A DNA stretch of 64,000 bases from contig QIIW01000151.1 in assembly GCA_003231645.1 (NCBI GenBank), positions 8,621 through 72,620 on the forward strand, given 5' to 3'. The DNA is from Acidimicrobiia bacterium (GTDB taxonomy: Bacteria > Actinomycetota > Acidimicrobiia > Acidimicrobiales > Aldehydirespiratoraceae). The notes beneath the pieces were generated by a model. The model did not search any database and was not told where the DNA came from. It was given only the letters and a program-made list of their open reading frames with translations. Numbering within the stretch: position 1 is the stretch's first letter; every line of letters begins with the position of its first letter. Below are positions 1 to 8,351 of the stretch, piece after piece. Both the position numbers and the translations under genes were made by a program.

Positions 1-264
1 GATGAACGAGGCTTGGCCGGCGGCGGTGGCCCACACGCTCCCCGGCGTGCGTCGGCCGTTGAGCCGGTGTGCCGCGTCGGAGGCTTCGACGATGGCGAGC
101 AGCGCCCCGACGCTGAAGCCGACGGATCCGACGAGATTGAACCAACGTGCCGACGGGTCGTTGGTGAAGGCGAGGATCCCGCCGATGACGAACAATGTGG
201 AGCCGGCGGTGAACAGGGCGGCCAGCCACCACGACACATCGAAGTGACGGGCCCGGCGTTGCAA
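1..264 (-). CDS. partial membrane protein (YrhK-like W/F..GS..F helices). The 3' end runs off the window. The start is unresolved (TTG at 264 or GTG at 237).
   Basis: The minus frame reads ...RHFDVSWWLAALFTAGSTLFVIGGILAFTNDPSARWFNLVGSVGFSVGALLAIVEASD... with GC-rich third positions. The + ORFs 2..247 and 13..360 are its shadow frames. Confidence 0.35.
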   Translation of the reverse strand, partial: MQRRARHFDVSWWLAALFTAGSTLFVIGGILAFTNDPSARWFNLVGSVGFSVGALLAIVEASDAAHRLNGRRTPGSVWATAAGQASFI

Positions 265-431
265 CGTCCTGGACTTGCGGTGCCAGCGGGCATTCCACTC
301 GGTGGCGATGCCGTCGGCACCGGTCCAGCGGAGATGAACGAGGGACCGGCCGACCCATGAACCGTTTTCGGTCCGCTCGGGGGGGTTGCCGGGCGCGGAG
401 GCGGCGGGATCGGGGCGACGCCGGCGGGGGG

Positions 432-1802
432 TCAGTGGTGGAACCGGGTCGAGGACGGGGTGGTCGCGGTGCCGGCGAAGTGATCGAGGTGGCGGCGGGT
501 GTCGGCAAGCAGGGCGGTGGCGAGGTCGTGGCTGAAGCCCTCCCTGCACACGATGCGCAGGGCGGTGATGTCGGTACGGTTCCGGGGGAATGTGTAGGCG
601 GGGACCTGCCACCCGTGGTCGCGGTAACGGTAGGAAAGGTCGAACTCCGTGGCACCGGTGTTCTCGGTGAAGCGGTAGGCGAAAACGGGGAGGTCGACGC
701 CGGTGGTGAGCAGGTCGAAGGCGCCGGTGTCCTCGAACTCGCCGGCGAGCCACAGGGCGACGTCCTGACTGGCTTGGTGGATGCGGCGGAACCCTTCGTG
801 GCCGAGGCGCACGAAGTTGTAGTACTGGCCGATCACCTGGCTGCCGGGACGGGAGAAGTTGATGGCCATGGTCGGTTCGGGTCCGCCGAGGTAGTTGGTG
901 TAGAAGACCAGGTCCTCGGGCAGATGGGAGCGGTCCCGCCACAGCACCCAGCCGACACCGGCGTACACGAGCCCGAACTTGTGACCCGAGGCGTTGATCG
1001 ACATGACGCGATCGAGAGAGAAGTCCCACCGCAAATCGGGTTGCAGGAACGGCGCCACGAAACCGCCGGATGCGGCGTCGACGTGCACCGGTATGTCGAG
1101 ACCGCTGCGACGGTGCAGATCGTCGAGCCCCTGGCAGAGCGCTTCGACGGGTTCGTAGCTGCCGTCATAGGTCGACCCCAGGATACCGATCACGCCGATG
1201 GTGTTCTCGTCGCACAGGGCGACGGCCTCGTCGACACCGAGGTGGAGTCGGTCACCCTGCATGGGGATGAAGCGGGGCTCGACATCCCAGTAGCGACAGA
1301 ACTTCTCCCAGCAGACCTGGACGTTGATGCCCATCACCAGGTTGGGCCTCTCGGTGTCGGAATCGGCGCGGCCGGCTTGCCACCGCAGCTTCATGGCGAG
1401 CCCCCCGAGCATGGCCGCCTCGCTCGAACCGACGGTGGAGGTTCCCATGGCGGTCGTGTCTGCGTTGGCGTCGGTGGGGCTGTTCCACAGGCCGGCGATG
1501 ATCTTGAGGCAACGCCGTTCGATCTCGGCCGTCTGCGGATACTCGTCACGGTCCACCATGTTCTTGTCCAACGTCTCGGCCATCAGTTTCTGGGCTTGGG
1601 GTTCCATCCAGGTGGTGACGAAGGTGGCCAGGTTCATGCGGGAGTTGCCGTCCAACATGAGCTCGTCGTGGATGAGCTCATACACGGCTTCTGCGTCGGA
1701 CTCACCGGCCGGGAGACGGTTGCGAGGAACATCGGTCAGTCGGCGGCGGGCATAGACCGGGGTGAGGACATCGTCGGCCGGGTCACAGGCCTCGGGGCTC
1801 AT
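432..1802 (-). CDS. gadB: glutamate decarboxylase (PLP-dependent)
   Basis: 456 aa. Contains NLATFVTTWMEPQA, the PLP-lysine motif SINASGHKFGLVY, and a full-length GAD-like layout. Confidence 0.92.
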   Translation of the reverse strand: MSPEACDPADDVLTPVYARRRLTDVPRNRLPAGESDAEAVYELIHDELMLDGNSRMNLATFVTTWMEPQAQKLMAETLDKNMVDRDEYPQTAEIERRCLKIIAGLWNSPTDANADTTAMGTSTVGSSEAAMLGGLAMKLRWQAGRADSDTERPNLVMGINVQVCWEKFCRYWDVEPRFIPMQGDRLHLGVDEAVALCDENTIGVIGILGSTYDGSYEPVEALCQGLDDLHRRSGLDIPVHVDAASGGFVAPFLQPDLRWDFSLDRVMSINASGHKFGLVYAGVGWVLWRDRSHLPEDLVFYTNYLGGPEPTMAINFSRPGSQVIGQYYNFVRLGHEGFRRIHQASQDVALWLAGEFEDTGAFDLLTTGVDLPVFAYRFTENTGATEFDLSYRYRDHGWQVPAYTFPRNRTDITALRIVCREGFSHDLATALLADTRRHLDHFAGTATTPSSTRFHH

Positions 1803-2026
1803 GCGCCGACGCCGTTGTCAAACGGATCAGGCATGGTGCAGCCGAGGGCGGGCGCAGACGTCGAAAAGATGATTGGGAGACCGGAGCCGGGCCGGGTCCT
1901 GAACTCTGCCGCAAGGTTCACAAGCCGATCCTCCCATCGGACGCTGAGACAACTGCGAAGATAGCAAGACGAAGGCGACGACGCCCGTCGCCGGTCAATT
2001 GGTGGATCGAGGGTTAGCCTTCAGGG

Positions 2027-2224
2027 GTGGGTGACACCGGTGATACCAGTGCCGACGACCAGTCGAGTCGGCTCGAAACCGACCTCGACTCGGTCGAGTC
2101 GGCCCTCGCCGCGCTCGACGCCGACGATCTCGACCGGGCCGAGGCGTTGGCGGCCTCGCTCGACGCGTCTGCGGACGTCGTTGACATGTCCGCTCCGGCC
2201 GATGGGCCGTCCGACGGGGACTGA
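2027..2224 (+). CDS. small acidic hypothetical protein (65 aa)
   Basis: This frame has strongly GC-biased third positions (D/A/L-rich: LETDLDSVESALAALDADDLDRAEAL). The overlapping frame of ORF 2031.. is R/P/S/T-rich, typical of an off-frame read. Confidence 0.45.
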   Translation: MGDTGDTSADDQSSRLETDLDSVESALAALDADDLDRAEALAASLDASADVVDMSAPADGPSDGD

Positions 2225-3611
2225 CGCCCGCCGCAGCCTGGCTGAGCGCCGCGATCATCTGGCGCGCACGGCCCGAATCGCCCGCCTCACCACACGACGC
2301 GCCTTTCACTACGCGATCCTGAAGGTCCGCGGGGTCGCCGCCGACGATGCTCGTCGGGCCGAGCTCGACGAGGGGTTCGCGATCCGTACGGCCGAGGACG
2401 TCGCCCGCGAGCTCGGACAGATGAAGGGCGTGGTGATGAAGGCCGGCCAGATGCTGTCATTCATCATCGACGGCCTGCCGCCCGAAGCTCGACATGTGCT
2501 CGAATCACTCCAGGCCGATGTCGAGCCGATGGCCCCGTCTCTCGCCGCCTCTGTCATCGAGGCCGAGCTGGGCGCCCCGCCCGACGAGGTGTTCCTCGAC
2601 TGGGACCCGATCCCGGCCGCGGCCGCGTCGATCGGTCAGGTCCACAAGGCCGTCACGCGCGACGGCCGGATCGTGGCGGTAAAGGTGCAGTATCCCGGCC
2701 TCGATTCCACGATCGGATCCGATCTCGACAACGCCCAGATGATCTACCGGATGGTATCGGTGGTGGCGCTCAAGAGCCTCGACGTGCAGGGCCTGGTCGA
2801 TGAGCTGCGGGCCCGCATGGCCGATGAGCTCGACTACCGCCTCGAGGCATCGTGCCAGTCGGAGTTCGCCGAGCGTTACCGGGGCCACCCGTTCGTGAAC
2901 GTGCCCGACGTGATCGGTGAGTACTCCACCCGGCGGGTGCTCACCTCCGAGTGGGTCGACGACATGAGTTGGGAGCAGTTCCTGGCGACCGCCGACGAAT
3001 CAGCTCGCCAGAGGGCGGCCGAGGTGATATTTCGGTTCGTGCAGGGAGCGATCTACAGGGTGGGGGTGTTCAACGGCGACCCCCACCCCGGCAACTACCT
3101 GTTCGGTCCCGACGGTTCGGTCACGTTCATTGATTTCGGATTGGTGAAGCGCTGGGCACCGGGTGAATTCGAGGGGTTGATTCCGATCATCGACCCGTTG
3201 TTCGAACGCGATGCCGAGGGGGTGGTGGCCCAGATGGAATCGTCGGGCTTCCTGCGCCCGGGCCACGGACTCGACCCCGAGAGCGTGCTCGATTACGTAT
3301 CGGCGCCCTACACCGCCTATTTCACCGACACGTTCACATTCACCGAGGACTTCACCCAGGGCGTGATACGCGGGCTGCTCGAGGTGGGTGGGCCCCACGC
3401 CGAGGTGATGCACGCCCTCACCATGCCTCCGTCGTTCGTGATCCTCGACCGCGTGGTGTGGGGAATGAGTGCACTGCTCGGTCGGCTCGGCGCTCGCAAC
3501 CGATGGCGGGCCATCCTCGACGAATACCGTCGCGATCAGCCGCCGGTCACACCGCTCGGGCGGGCTGAGCAGGAATGGCGGCAGGCCGTCGGTCGGACAC
3601 GCGGTCGGTGA
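2202..3611 (+). CDS. ABC1/UbiB-family atypical protein kinase. The start is probably ATG 2202, not 2031.
   Basis: Contains KAGQMLSF, AAASIGQVHKAV..DGR.VAVKVQYPG, and GDPHPGNYLF...IDFGLV. The N-terminal 57 codons of the listed ORF look non-coding. Confidence 0.85.
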   Translation: MGRPTGTDARRSLAERRDHLARTARIARLTTRRAFHYAILKVRGVAADDARRAELDEGFAIRTAEDVARELGQMKGVVMKAGQMLSFIIDGLPPEARHVLESLQADVEPMAPSLAASVIEAELGAPPDEVFLDWDPIPAAAASIGQVHKAVTRDGRIVAVKVQYPGLDSTIGSDLDNAQMIYRMVSVVALKSLDVQGLVDELRARMADELDYRLEASCQSEFAERYRGHPFVNVPDVIGEYSTRRVLTSEWVDDMSWEQFLATADESARQRAAEVIFRFVQGAIYRVGVFNGDPHPGNYLFGPDGSVTFIDFGLVKRWAPGEFEGLIPIIDPLFERDAEGVVAQMESSGFLRPGHGLDPESVLDYVSAPYTAYFTDTFTFTEDFTQGVIRGLLEVGGPHAEVMHALTMPPSFVILDRVVWGMSALLGRLGARNRWRAILDEYRRDQPPVTPLGRAEQEWRQAVGRTRGR

Positions 3612-4104
3612 GCGCCATCAAGTAGCCGGTGGCCCGCTCAGAGAGCGGATTGCGGGCCAGCAGGGCGTCGAACGCCGGAGAGTGGTCGGGCACCAGCAGG
3701 TGGGCGAGCTCGTGGACTATCACATGGTCGAGCACCCACGGTGGCACGTCGGTCAGTCGGTTCGAGACGCGGATCTCGCCGGTCTGGATGGTGCACGATC
3801 CCCAGCGCTGGTGTTGTGTGGCCGACCAGCGCACCGATTCGGGCTGTGGGAGTCCGTATTCGTCGGCGAGACGCCGGGCCCTGGCCTCGATGTCGACCGA
3901 GTCGGAGCGTCGCTGTTGTTCGATCCTTCGCACGATGTCATCGACATAGGTGCGTTCGTCGTCCGGGGTCATCCAACCGGGAATACGGACCCTGATCACA
4001 CCCTCGACGATGCGGGCCGACACGGTCTTGCGGCGACGGTCGCTGCGGATCACCTCGACCGGGTAGCGAGTCGACATTGTGTGGGAGGAGACGTACTCGC
4101 TCAC
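3547..4104 (-). CDS. YgjP/DUF45-family metal-dependent hydrolase
   Basis: 185 aa with HELAHLLVPDHS (HExxH) and WGSC....I.....L. Its 3' end overlaps the convergent ABC1 gene by 65 nt. Confidence 0.8.
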   Translation of the reverse strand: MSEYVSSHTMSTRYPVEVIRSDRRRKTVSARIVEGVIRVRIPGWMTPDDERTYVDDIVRRIEQQRRSDSVDIEARARRLADEYGLPQPESVRWSATQHQRWGSCTIQTGEIRVSNRLTDVPPWVLDHVIVHELAHLLVPDHSPAFDALLARNPLSERATGYLMALTDRVSDRRPAAIPAQPARAV

Positions 4105-4706
4105 TGGCTGTCGGCCCCGGTGACTTCGACACCCTCGGGAATGAGAGACGTGCGCTCGCCGAGCGACCAGCGGGTGCCGTCGTGGGCGAACCAGCGGCCG
4201 TTCAGATTGTCTATGCGCACGAAGTTCTCGCCGAAGTGGGCTTCGAGCGAGTAGATGATGCCGGCGTGGGCGATGGCCAGGATCTCACATGTACCGGGTC
4301 CCCCGCCGACCATCTCGGTGATCGAGTCGAGCGCGGCGAGCGCCCTCTCGGTGACGATGTGGTCGGGCTCCCAGCCGGGTGGTCTCTGTCCACTGGTGAG
4401 GTAGCCGGGGAACCGTTCGTCGATCTCGGTGCGGGTAAGGCCCTGGAACTCGCCGGCGTACCGCTCCTGAAGGCCGGCTTCGACCATTACCGGGCCGACT
4501 CCGATCGATTCGGAGATCACCGTGGCGGTGACGAGTGCCCGCTCGAGGGGGCTGGCGATCACGGCATCGACCGCCCCGACCGTGGCGGCGGCGGCCCGAG
4601 CCTGAGCCAGGCCGACTTCGGACAGCGGCGGGTCGGCTCGCCCCTGCCACCGTCCTACGGCGTTCCAAACTGATTGCCCATGGCGGGCCACCAACAGACG
4701 GACCAT
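4101..4706 (-). CDS. histidine phosphatase (phosphoglycerate mutase-like family)
   Basis: The true start is MVRLLVARHGQSVWN (RHG motif) at ATG 4706. IASPLERA and IAHAGII are also present. The upstream 175 codons of ORF 4101..5231 are R/G-rich junk. Confidence 0.85.
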   Translation of the reverse strand: MVRLLVARHGQSVWNAVGRWQGRADPPLSEVGLAQARAAAATVGAVDAVIASPLERALVTATVISESIGVGPVMVEAGLQERYAGEFQGLTRTEIDERFPGYLTSGQRPPGWEPDHIVTERALAALDSITEMVGGGPGTCEILAIAHAGIIYSLEAHFGENFVRIDNLNGRWFAHDGTRWSLGERTSLIPEGVEVTGADSQ

Positions 4707-4817
4707 GCTGCGGGCGAGCGTAATGGGGGTCTGTGACACGCTCGGGGACCCCGACCCGCAGCCGGGGGCCGGTTCGGAGGCCGAGAGACGACACCGTGCC
4801 GACGCTAGGGTACCGGC

Positions 4818-5069
4818 ATGGCCAAGCTGCGATTGTTCGCCTCCGCGCGCGAGGCCGCGGGAGTCGCCCACGGTGAGTTCCCGGGGGCCACGGTGGGTGA
4901 GGTCCTCGATGCCGCTGTCGCCTCCTACGGCCGAACCTTCGAGGGCTTGTTGCCCACGTGCAACGTGTGGCGCAACGGTGAACCGGCGGAGCGGGATCAG
5001 CCGGTCGTCGACACCGATGAAGTAGCCGTTCTGCCCCCGGTTTCTGGCGGTTCCGGCGCGTCCCGATAG
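4818..5069 (+). CDS. MoaD/ThiS-family sulfur-carrier protein with a 5-aa tail after the Gly-Gly
   Basis: 83 aa. Contains LFASAREAAG...TVGEVL...DEVAVLPPVSGG followed by SGASR*. Confidence 0.8.
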   Translation: MAKLRLFASAREAAGVAHGEFPGATVGEVLDAAVASYGRTFEGLLPTCNVWRNGEPAERDQPVVDTDEVAVLPPVSGGSGASR

Positions 5070-5116
5070 GCTCCCATCCGGTCCGAAGCCGTCAGACGGC
5101 CAGTCGAGAGGGTGCG

Positions 5117-5644
5117 ATGATCCCGGAGCTTTCACGTGTAGTCGACCCTGCGTATCTCGCCGGGCTGGCCCAGGTGCCCACCGATCAACTGAGGGCGATG
5201 CGCGTCGAGTGCAGCGATCTCGAGAACGCACTCTCCTATGTCCGGCGTCTGGCCCAGGGCCGACTCGATCTGCTCATCGCCGAGACGAAGCGACGCGAGA
5301 CCGGCCACGGCGGCGATCTGGCTGACATCGTCGACAGCCTCCCCGATGTCCTCAGCGAGGGCGTACGCGGGCCGGGTTCGGGTCGCATCAGCCAGGAACT
5401 CGACCCCCCCGATCATTTTGTCGAGCCGCTCGTCGCCGACCTCGATTCGTCGGTAGGCCCATCGGTGATGGCCGCCCTCGTGGAGCTCGGTGACGACGAA
5501 TTGTCGGCGGCGGTGATCGCCTTGGGTCGCTTCGAGGACCGACTTTCGGCGTCGCGTCACAGTCTCCACGACACCATCGACGCCCTCAACACCGAGCTTG
5601 CCCGGCGTATCGCCGATGGCGGCGAAAGTCTTTCGGCATCGTGA
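5117..5644 (+). CDS. RsiG-like helical protein carrying the c-di-GMP-binding ExxxSxxRxxxQxxxD signature
   Basis: aa 36-51 ENALSYVRRLAQGRLD matches E-x3-S-x2-R-x3-Q-x3-D exactly. aa 140-155 EDRLSASRHSLHDTID matches with Q replaced by H. Its stop overlaps the mshA start (GTGA). Confidence 0.6.
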   Translation: MIPELSRVVDPAYLAGLAQVPTDQLRAMRVECSDLENALSYVRRLAQGRLDLLIAETKRRETGHGGDLADIVDSLPDVLSEGVRGPGSGRISQELDPPDHFVEPLVADLDSSVGPSVMAALVELGDDELSAAVIALGRFEDRLSASRHSLHDTIDALNTELARRIADGGESLSAS

Positions 5645-6852
5645 GTCGCCTAGCCGTTCTGTCGCTCCACACGTCGCCCCTGGTCCAGCCGGGTTCGGGC
5701 GATGCGGGAGGGATGAACGTCTACGTTCGTGAACTGGTTTCGTCTCTGGCGCAGGTCGGCGCGGACTGTACGGTCTACGTACGTCGCTGGGCCGACGATC
5801 TGCCCGGGACGGTTGAGGTCGAGCCGGGATTCAGGGTCGTTCACGTGCCCGCCGGTCCGGTCGACCTGGCCAAGGAGCAGTTGCCGGGCATCGTCGACGA
5901 GTTCACCGACCGGGTTGGTGCGCTGCTGGTGGCCGAGCCGGTCGACGTGCTCCACGCCAACTACTGGCTGTCGGGAGTGGCCGGTCACCGTCTCAAGCAT
6001 GAGCTCGACCTGCCGTTGGTTTCGACGTTCCACACGCTGGCCCGGGTGAAGGCCGAGACCGGAGATTTCGAACCACAGAGCCGGATCGATGCCGAGACTG
6101 CGGTGGTGGCCTGCTCCGACATCATCACTGCCAACTCGGTCACCGAACTTCACGAGTTGGTCACCCACTACAACGCCGACCCAGCCCGCATCGAAGTCGT
6201 GCCGCCTGGGGTGGACCATGCCTTCTTTTCTCCCGGTTCCCGACACGGTGCACGCGTTGCGCTCGGTCTGCCGGGTGGCCCGTTGTTGTTGTTCGTCGGC
6301 CGGATACAGCCGCTCAAGGGTGTCGATGTCGCAGTCCGAACCCTCGACCGCCTTCACATGGATGATGCCCGGCTCATGATCGTCGGTGGGTCGAGCGGCA
6401 ACGAGGGCGACCGTGAAATCGAGCGCACCCACCGACTGATCGACTCACTCGATCTCACCGATCGGGTCACGATGGTCCCACCCCAACCCCATCATGTGTT
6501 GTCGACCTACTATCGGGCGGCCGATGTCTGCCTGGTGCCGTCACGATCCGAGTCGTTCGGTCTGGTGGCACTCGAGGCGGCAGCGTGCGGTGCCCCGGTG
6601 GTGGCCTCCGATGTCGGCGGCCTGCGTACGTTGGTCGACCATGGTCGCACCGGCTTGCGGGTCGAGGGGCGTGATCCCTGCGATTACGCGACCGCCACCC
6701 GCATGATCATCGAAGACGAGATGCTCGCCGCGAGCCTGTCGGTTCGGGCCTCCGAGATGGCCACCTCCTACACGTGGAGTTCGATGGCCCACCGGCTGGC
6801 TCGGGTCTACGACACGGTCCGCCGCCAGGCCCCCGTCGACTGCATGGCCTGA
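5641..6852 (+). CDS. mshA: D-inositol-3-phosphate glycosyltransferase (mycothiol biosynthesis, GT4)
   Basis: 403 aa with LSLHTSPLVQPGSGDAGGMNVYV and a GT4 C-terminal E..G....EA motif region. Confidence 0.9.
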   Translation: MSRLAVLSLHTSPLVQPGSGDAGGMNVYVRELVSSLAQVGADCTVYVRRWADDLPGTVEVEPGFRVVHVPAGPVDLAKEQLPGIVDEFTDRVGALLVAEPVDVLHANYWLSGVAGHRLKHELDLPLVSTFHTLARVKAETGDFEPQSRIDAETAVVACSDIITANSVTELHELVTHYNADPARIEVVPPGVDHAFFSPGSRHGARVALGLPGGPLLLFVGRIQPLKGVDVAVRTLDRLHMDDARLMIVGGSSGNEGDREIERTHRLIDSLDLTDRVTMVPPQPHHVLSTYYRAADVCLVPSRSESFGLVALEAAACGAPVVASDVGGLRTLVDHGRTGLRVEGRDPCDYATATRMIIEDEMLAASLSVRASEMATSYTWSSMAHRLARVYDTVRRQAPVDCMA

Positions 6853-6883
6853 TCGCAGTCGGTTCGCCCCGGTAACGTCGACC

Positions 6884-7348
6884 ATGGACTCTCGTCCCGC
6901 AACGACCGAGGAACTCAACCGGCTCGAGATGCTGATCGAGTCGTGGCTCGAATCGGAGCAGGCCGACAACCCGGTGATCGACGCGGTGGATCGCGACGAG
7001 TCCGACCTCCGTCGCTGGTATGTGAGGGTCAAGGGCGAGGAAAAGGACGTCTGGACGCTGTGGCTCACGCTCGGCCAGCGCACGCTGCGTCACGAGACCT
7101 ACGTGATGCCCGCCCCCGAGGAGAACCACGAACGGTTCTACCTCCACCTCCTGAAGCGCAACCACAAGCTCAACGGCATGGCCTTTGGGGTCGGTGACGA
7201 GGACGCCGTGTTCCTTCGGGGCACGCTGCCGGTGGCCGCGGTCACCGAAGCCGAACTCGACCGTATTCTGGGCTCGACGTGGGCCTACGTCGAACGGTGC
7301 TTTCGCCCGGCCATGCGCGTCGGTTTCGCGTCGCGCTTCGAGGGGTGA
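6884..7348 (+). CDS. YbjN-domain protein (homologue of the gene that follows mshA in mycobacteria)
   Basis: 154 aa. WYVRVKGEEKDVWTLWLTLGQRTL..ETYV is typical of the YbjN/T3SS-chaperone-like fold. Synteny with mshA. Confidence 0.75.
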   Translation: MDSRPATTEELNRLEMLIESWLESEQADNPVIDAVDRDESDLRRWYVRVKGEEKDVWTLWLTLGQRTLRHETYVMPAPEENHERFYLHLLKRNHKLNGMAFGVGDEDAVFLRGTLPVAAVTEAELDRILGSTWAYVERCFRPAMRVGFASRFEG

Positions 7349-7365
7349 AGCGTCGCGGTAAGTAG

Positions 7366-7456
7366 TTGTATGTCATGCTGTTTCATGTATAGTGGTGCAT
7401 CCCGGCGGGAGGAATGGTCGCTTGGGGAAGTGTGAACCTCGTCCTCCCGCCGGGAT
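7366..7456 (+). promoter_or_regulatory. sigma-70-like promoter (TTGTAT-16-TATAGT) followed by a perfect 15-bp stem hairpin. Candidate proC leader or small RNA.
   Basis: An AT-rich patch in a GC-rich genome. -35 at 7366-7371, -10 at 7388-7393. Stem ATCCCGGCGGGAGGA (7399-7413) pairs with TCCTCCCGCCGGGAT (7442-7456), with a 28-nt loop. Confidence 0.35.
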
Positions 7457-7508
7457 ACAAGTCCGGATCCACGGCGCCACCGGCTTCTGTGGTCGCTACT
7501 GTCGGGGA

Positions 7509-8303
7509 GTGACCAAACGACTGCAGGTGATGGGCGGCGGAAAGATGGGCGAGGCCCTGATCGGCGGTCTCGTCTCCAGCCGATGGTCGACAGCCGACCA
7601 ACTCCACGTGATCGAGCCGTCGGCCGATCGACGGGCCGAACTCGAAGCTCGCCTCCCCGGTCTGGTGACCGGTGATGCGCTGCTGGCCGGAGTCGATGCG
7701 CTCATCGCGGTGAAGCCCGACATCGTGCCGGTCGTCCTGCCGCTGCTGGCCGGCGCGGCCGTGCCAAGGGTGCTGTCGATTGCCGCCGGCGTGAGGATCG
7801 CCACCCTCGAAGCGGCACTACCCGCCGGAACCGCCGTCGTGCGGTGCATGCCCAACACTCCGGCTGTCGTCGGCGCGGGCGCCGCGGCGGTGGCGGCCGG
7901 CACCGCCGCCACCGCCGACGACATCAAGTGGGCCACGGGAATACTCAGCTCGGTCGGAGTAGTGGTCGAGGTCGACGAGCGCGACCTCGACGCGGTCACC
8001 GGACTCTCCGGTTCGGGTCCGGCCTACGTGTTCCACCTGGCCGAGGCCATGATCGCCGCGGGTGTTGAGCAGGGGCTCACCCCCGAAATCGCCGACACAC
8101 TCACCCGTCAGACGCTTCTCGGTGCGGCTCGCCTCCTGTCGGAATCGGGAGAGGACCCGGCGGTGCTGCGAGTCGATGTCACGTCGCCCGGGGGCACCAC
8201 CGCCGCCGGGCTGGCCGTGTTCGCCGGCGTTGATTTCCCGGCGATCGTCTCGCGTGTGGTCGAGGCCGCGACCGGGCGGTCGCGGGAACTCGGCGCCGGC
8301 TGA
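7509..8303 (+). CDS. proC: pyrroline-5-carboxylate reductase
   Basis: Contains VMGGGKMGEALIGGL (NADP-binding) and MPNTPA, GLSGSGPAY, TSPGGTT motifs. The start is GTG 7509 or ATG 7530. The listed ORF start at 7392 lies inside the hairpin region. Confidence 0.9.
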   Translation: MTKRLQVMGGGKMGEALIGGLVSSRWSTADQLHVIEPSADRRAELEARLPGLVTGDALLAGVDALIAVKPDIVPVVLPLLAGAAVPRVLSIAAGVRIATLEAALPAGTAVVRCMPNTPAVVGAGAAAVAAGTAATADDIKWATGILSSVGVVVEVDERDLDAVTGLSGSGPAYVFHLAEAMIAAGVEQGLTPEIADTLTRQTLLGAARLLSESGEDPAVLRVDVTSPGGTTAAGLAVFAGVDFPAIVSRVVEAATGRSRELGAG

Positions 8304-8351
8304 GCCGTACGGCGGCCTCGCCCCGTCGGGTCACCGGTAGCGTCGGTTCCC

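Noticed and set aside
357-1964. 535-aa + strand ORF covering the whole gad locus
   Set aside because: It is antisense to a clearly recognisable glutamate decarboxylase. The translation is G/R/V/A-rich low-complexity sequence, typical of a shadow ORF in GC-rich DNA.
7370-7435. 21-codon uORF (MSCCFMYSGASRREEWSLGEV*) as a possible proline-attenuation leader peptide for proC
   Set aside because: It has no Pro codons, no SD, and poor G/C-ending codon bias. It overlaps the hairpin only by chance.
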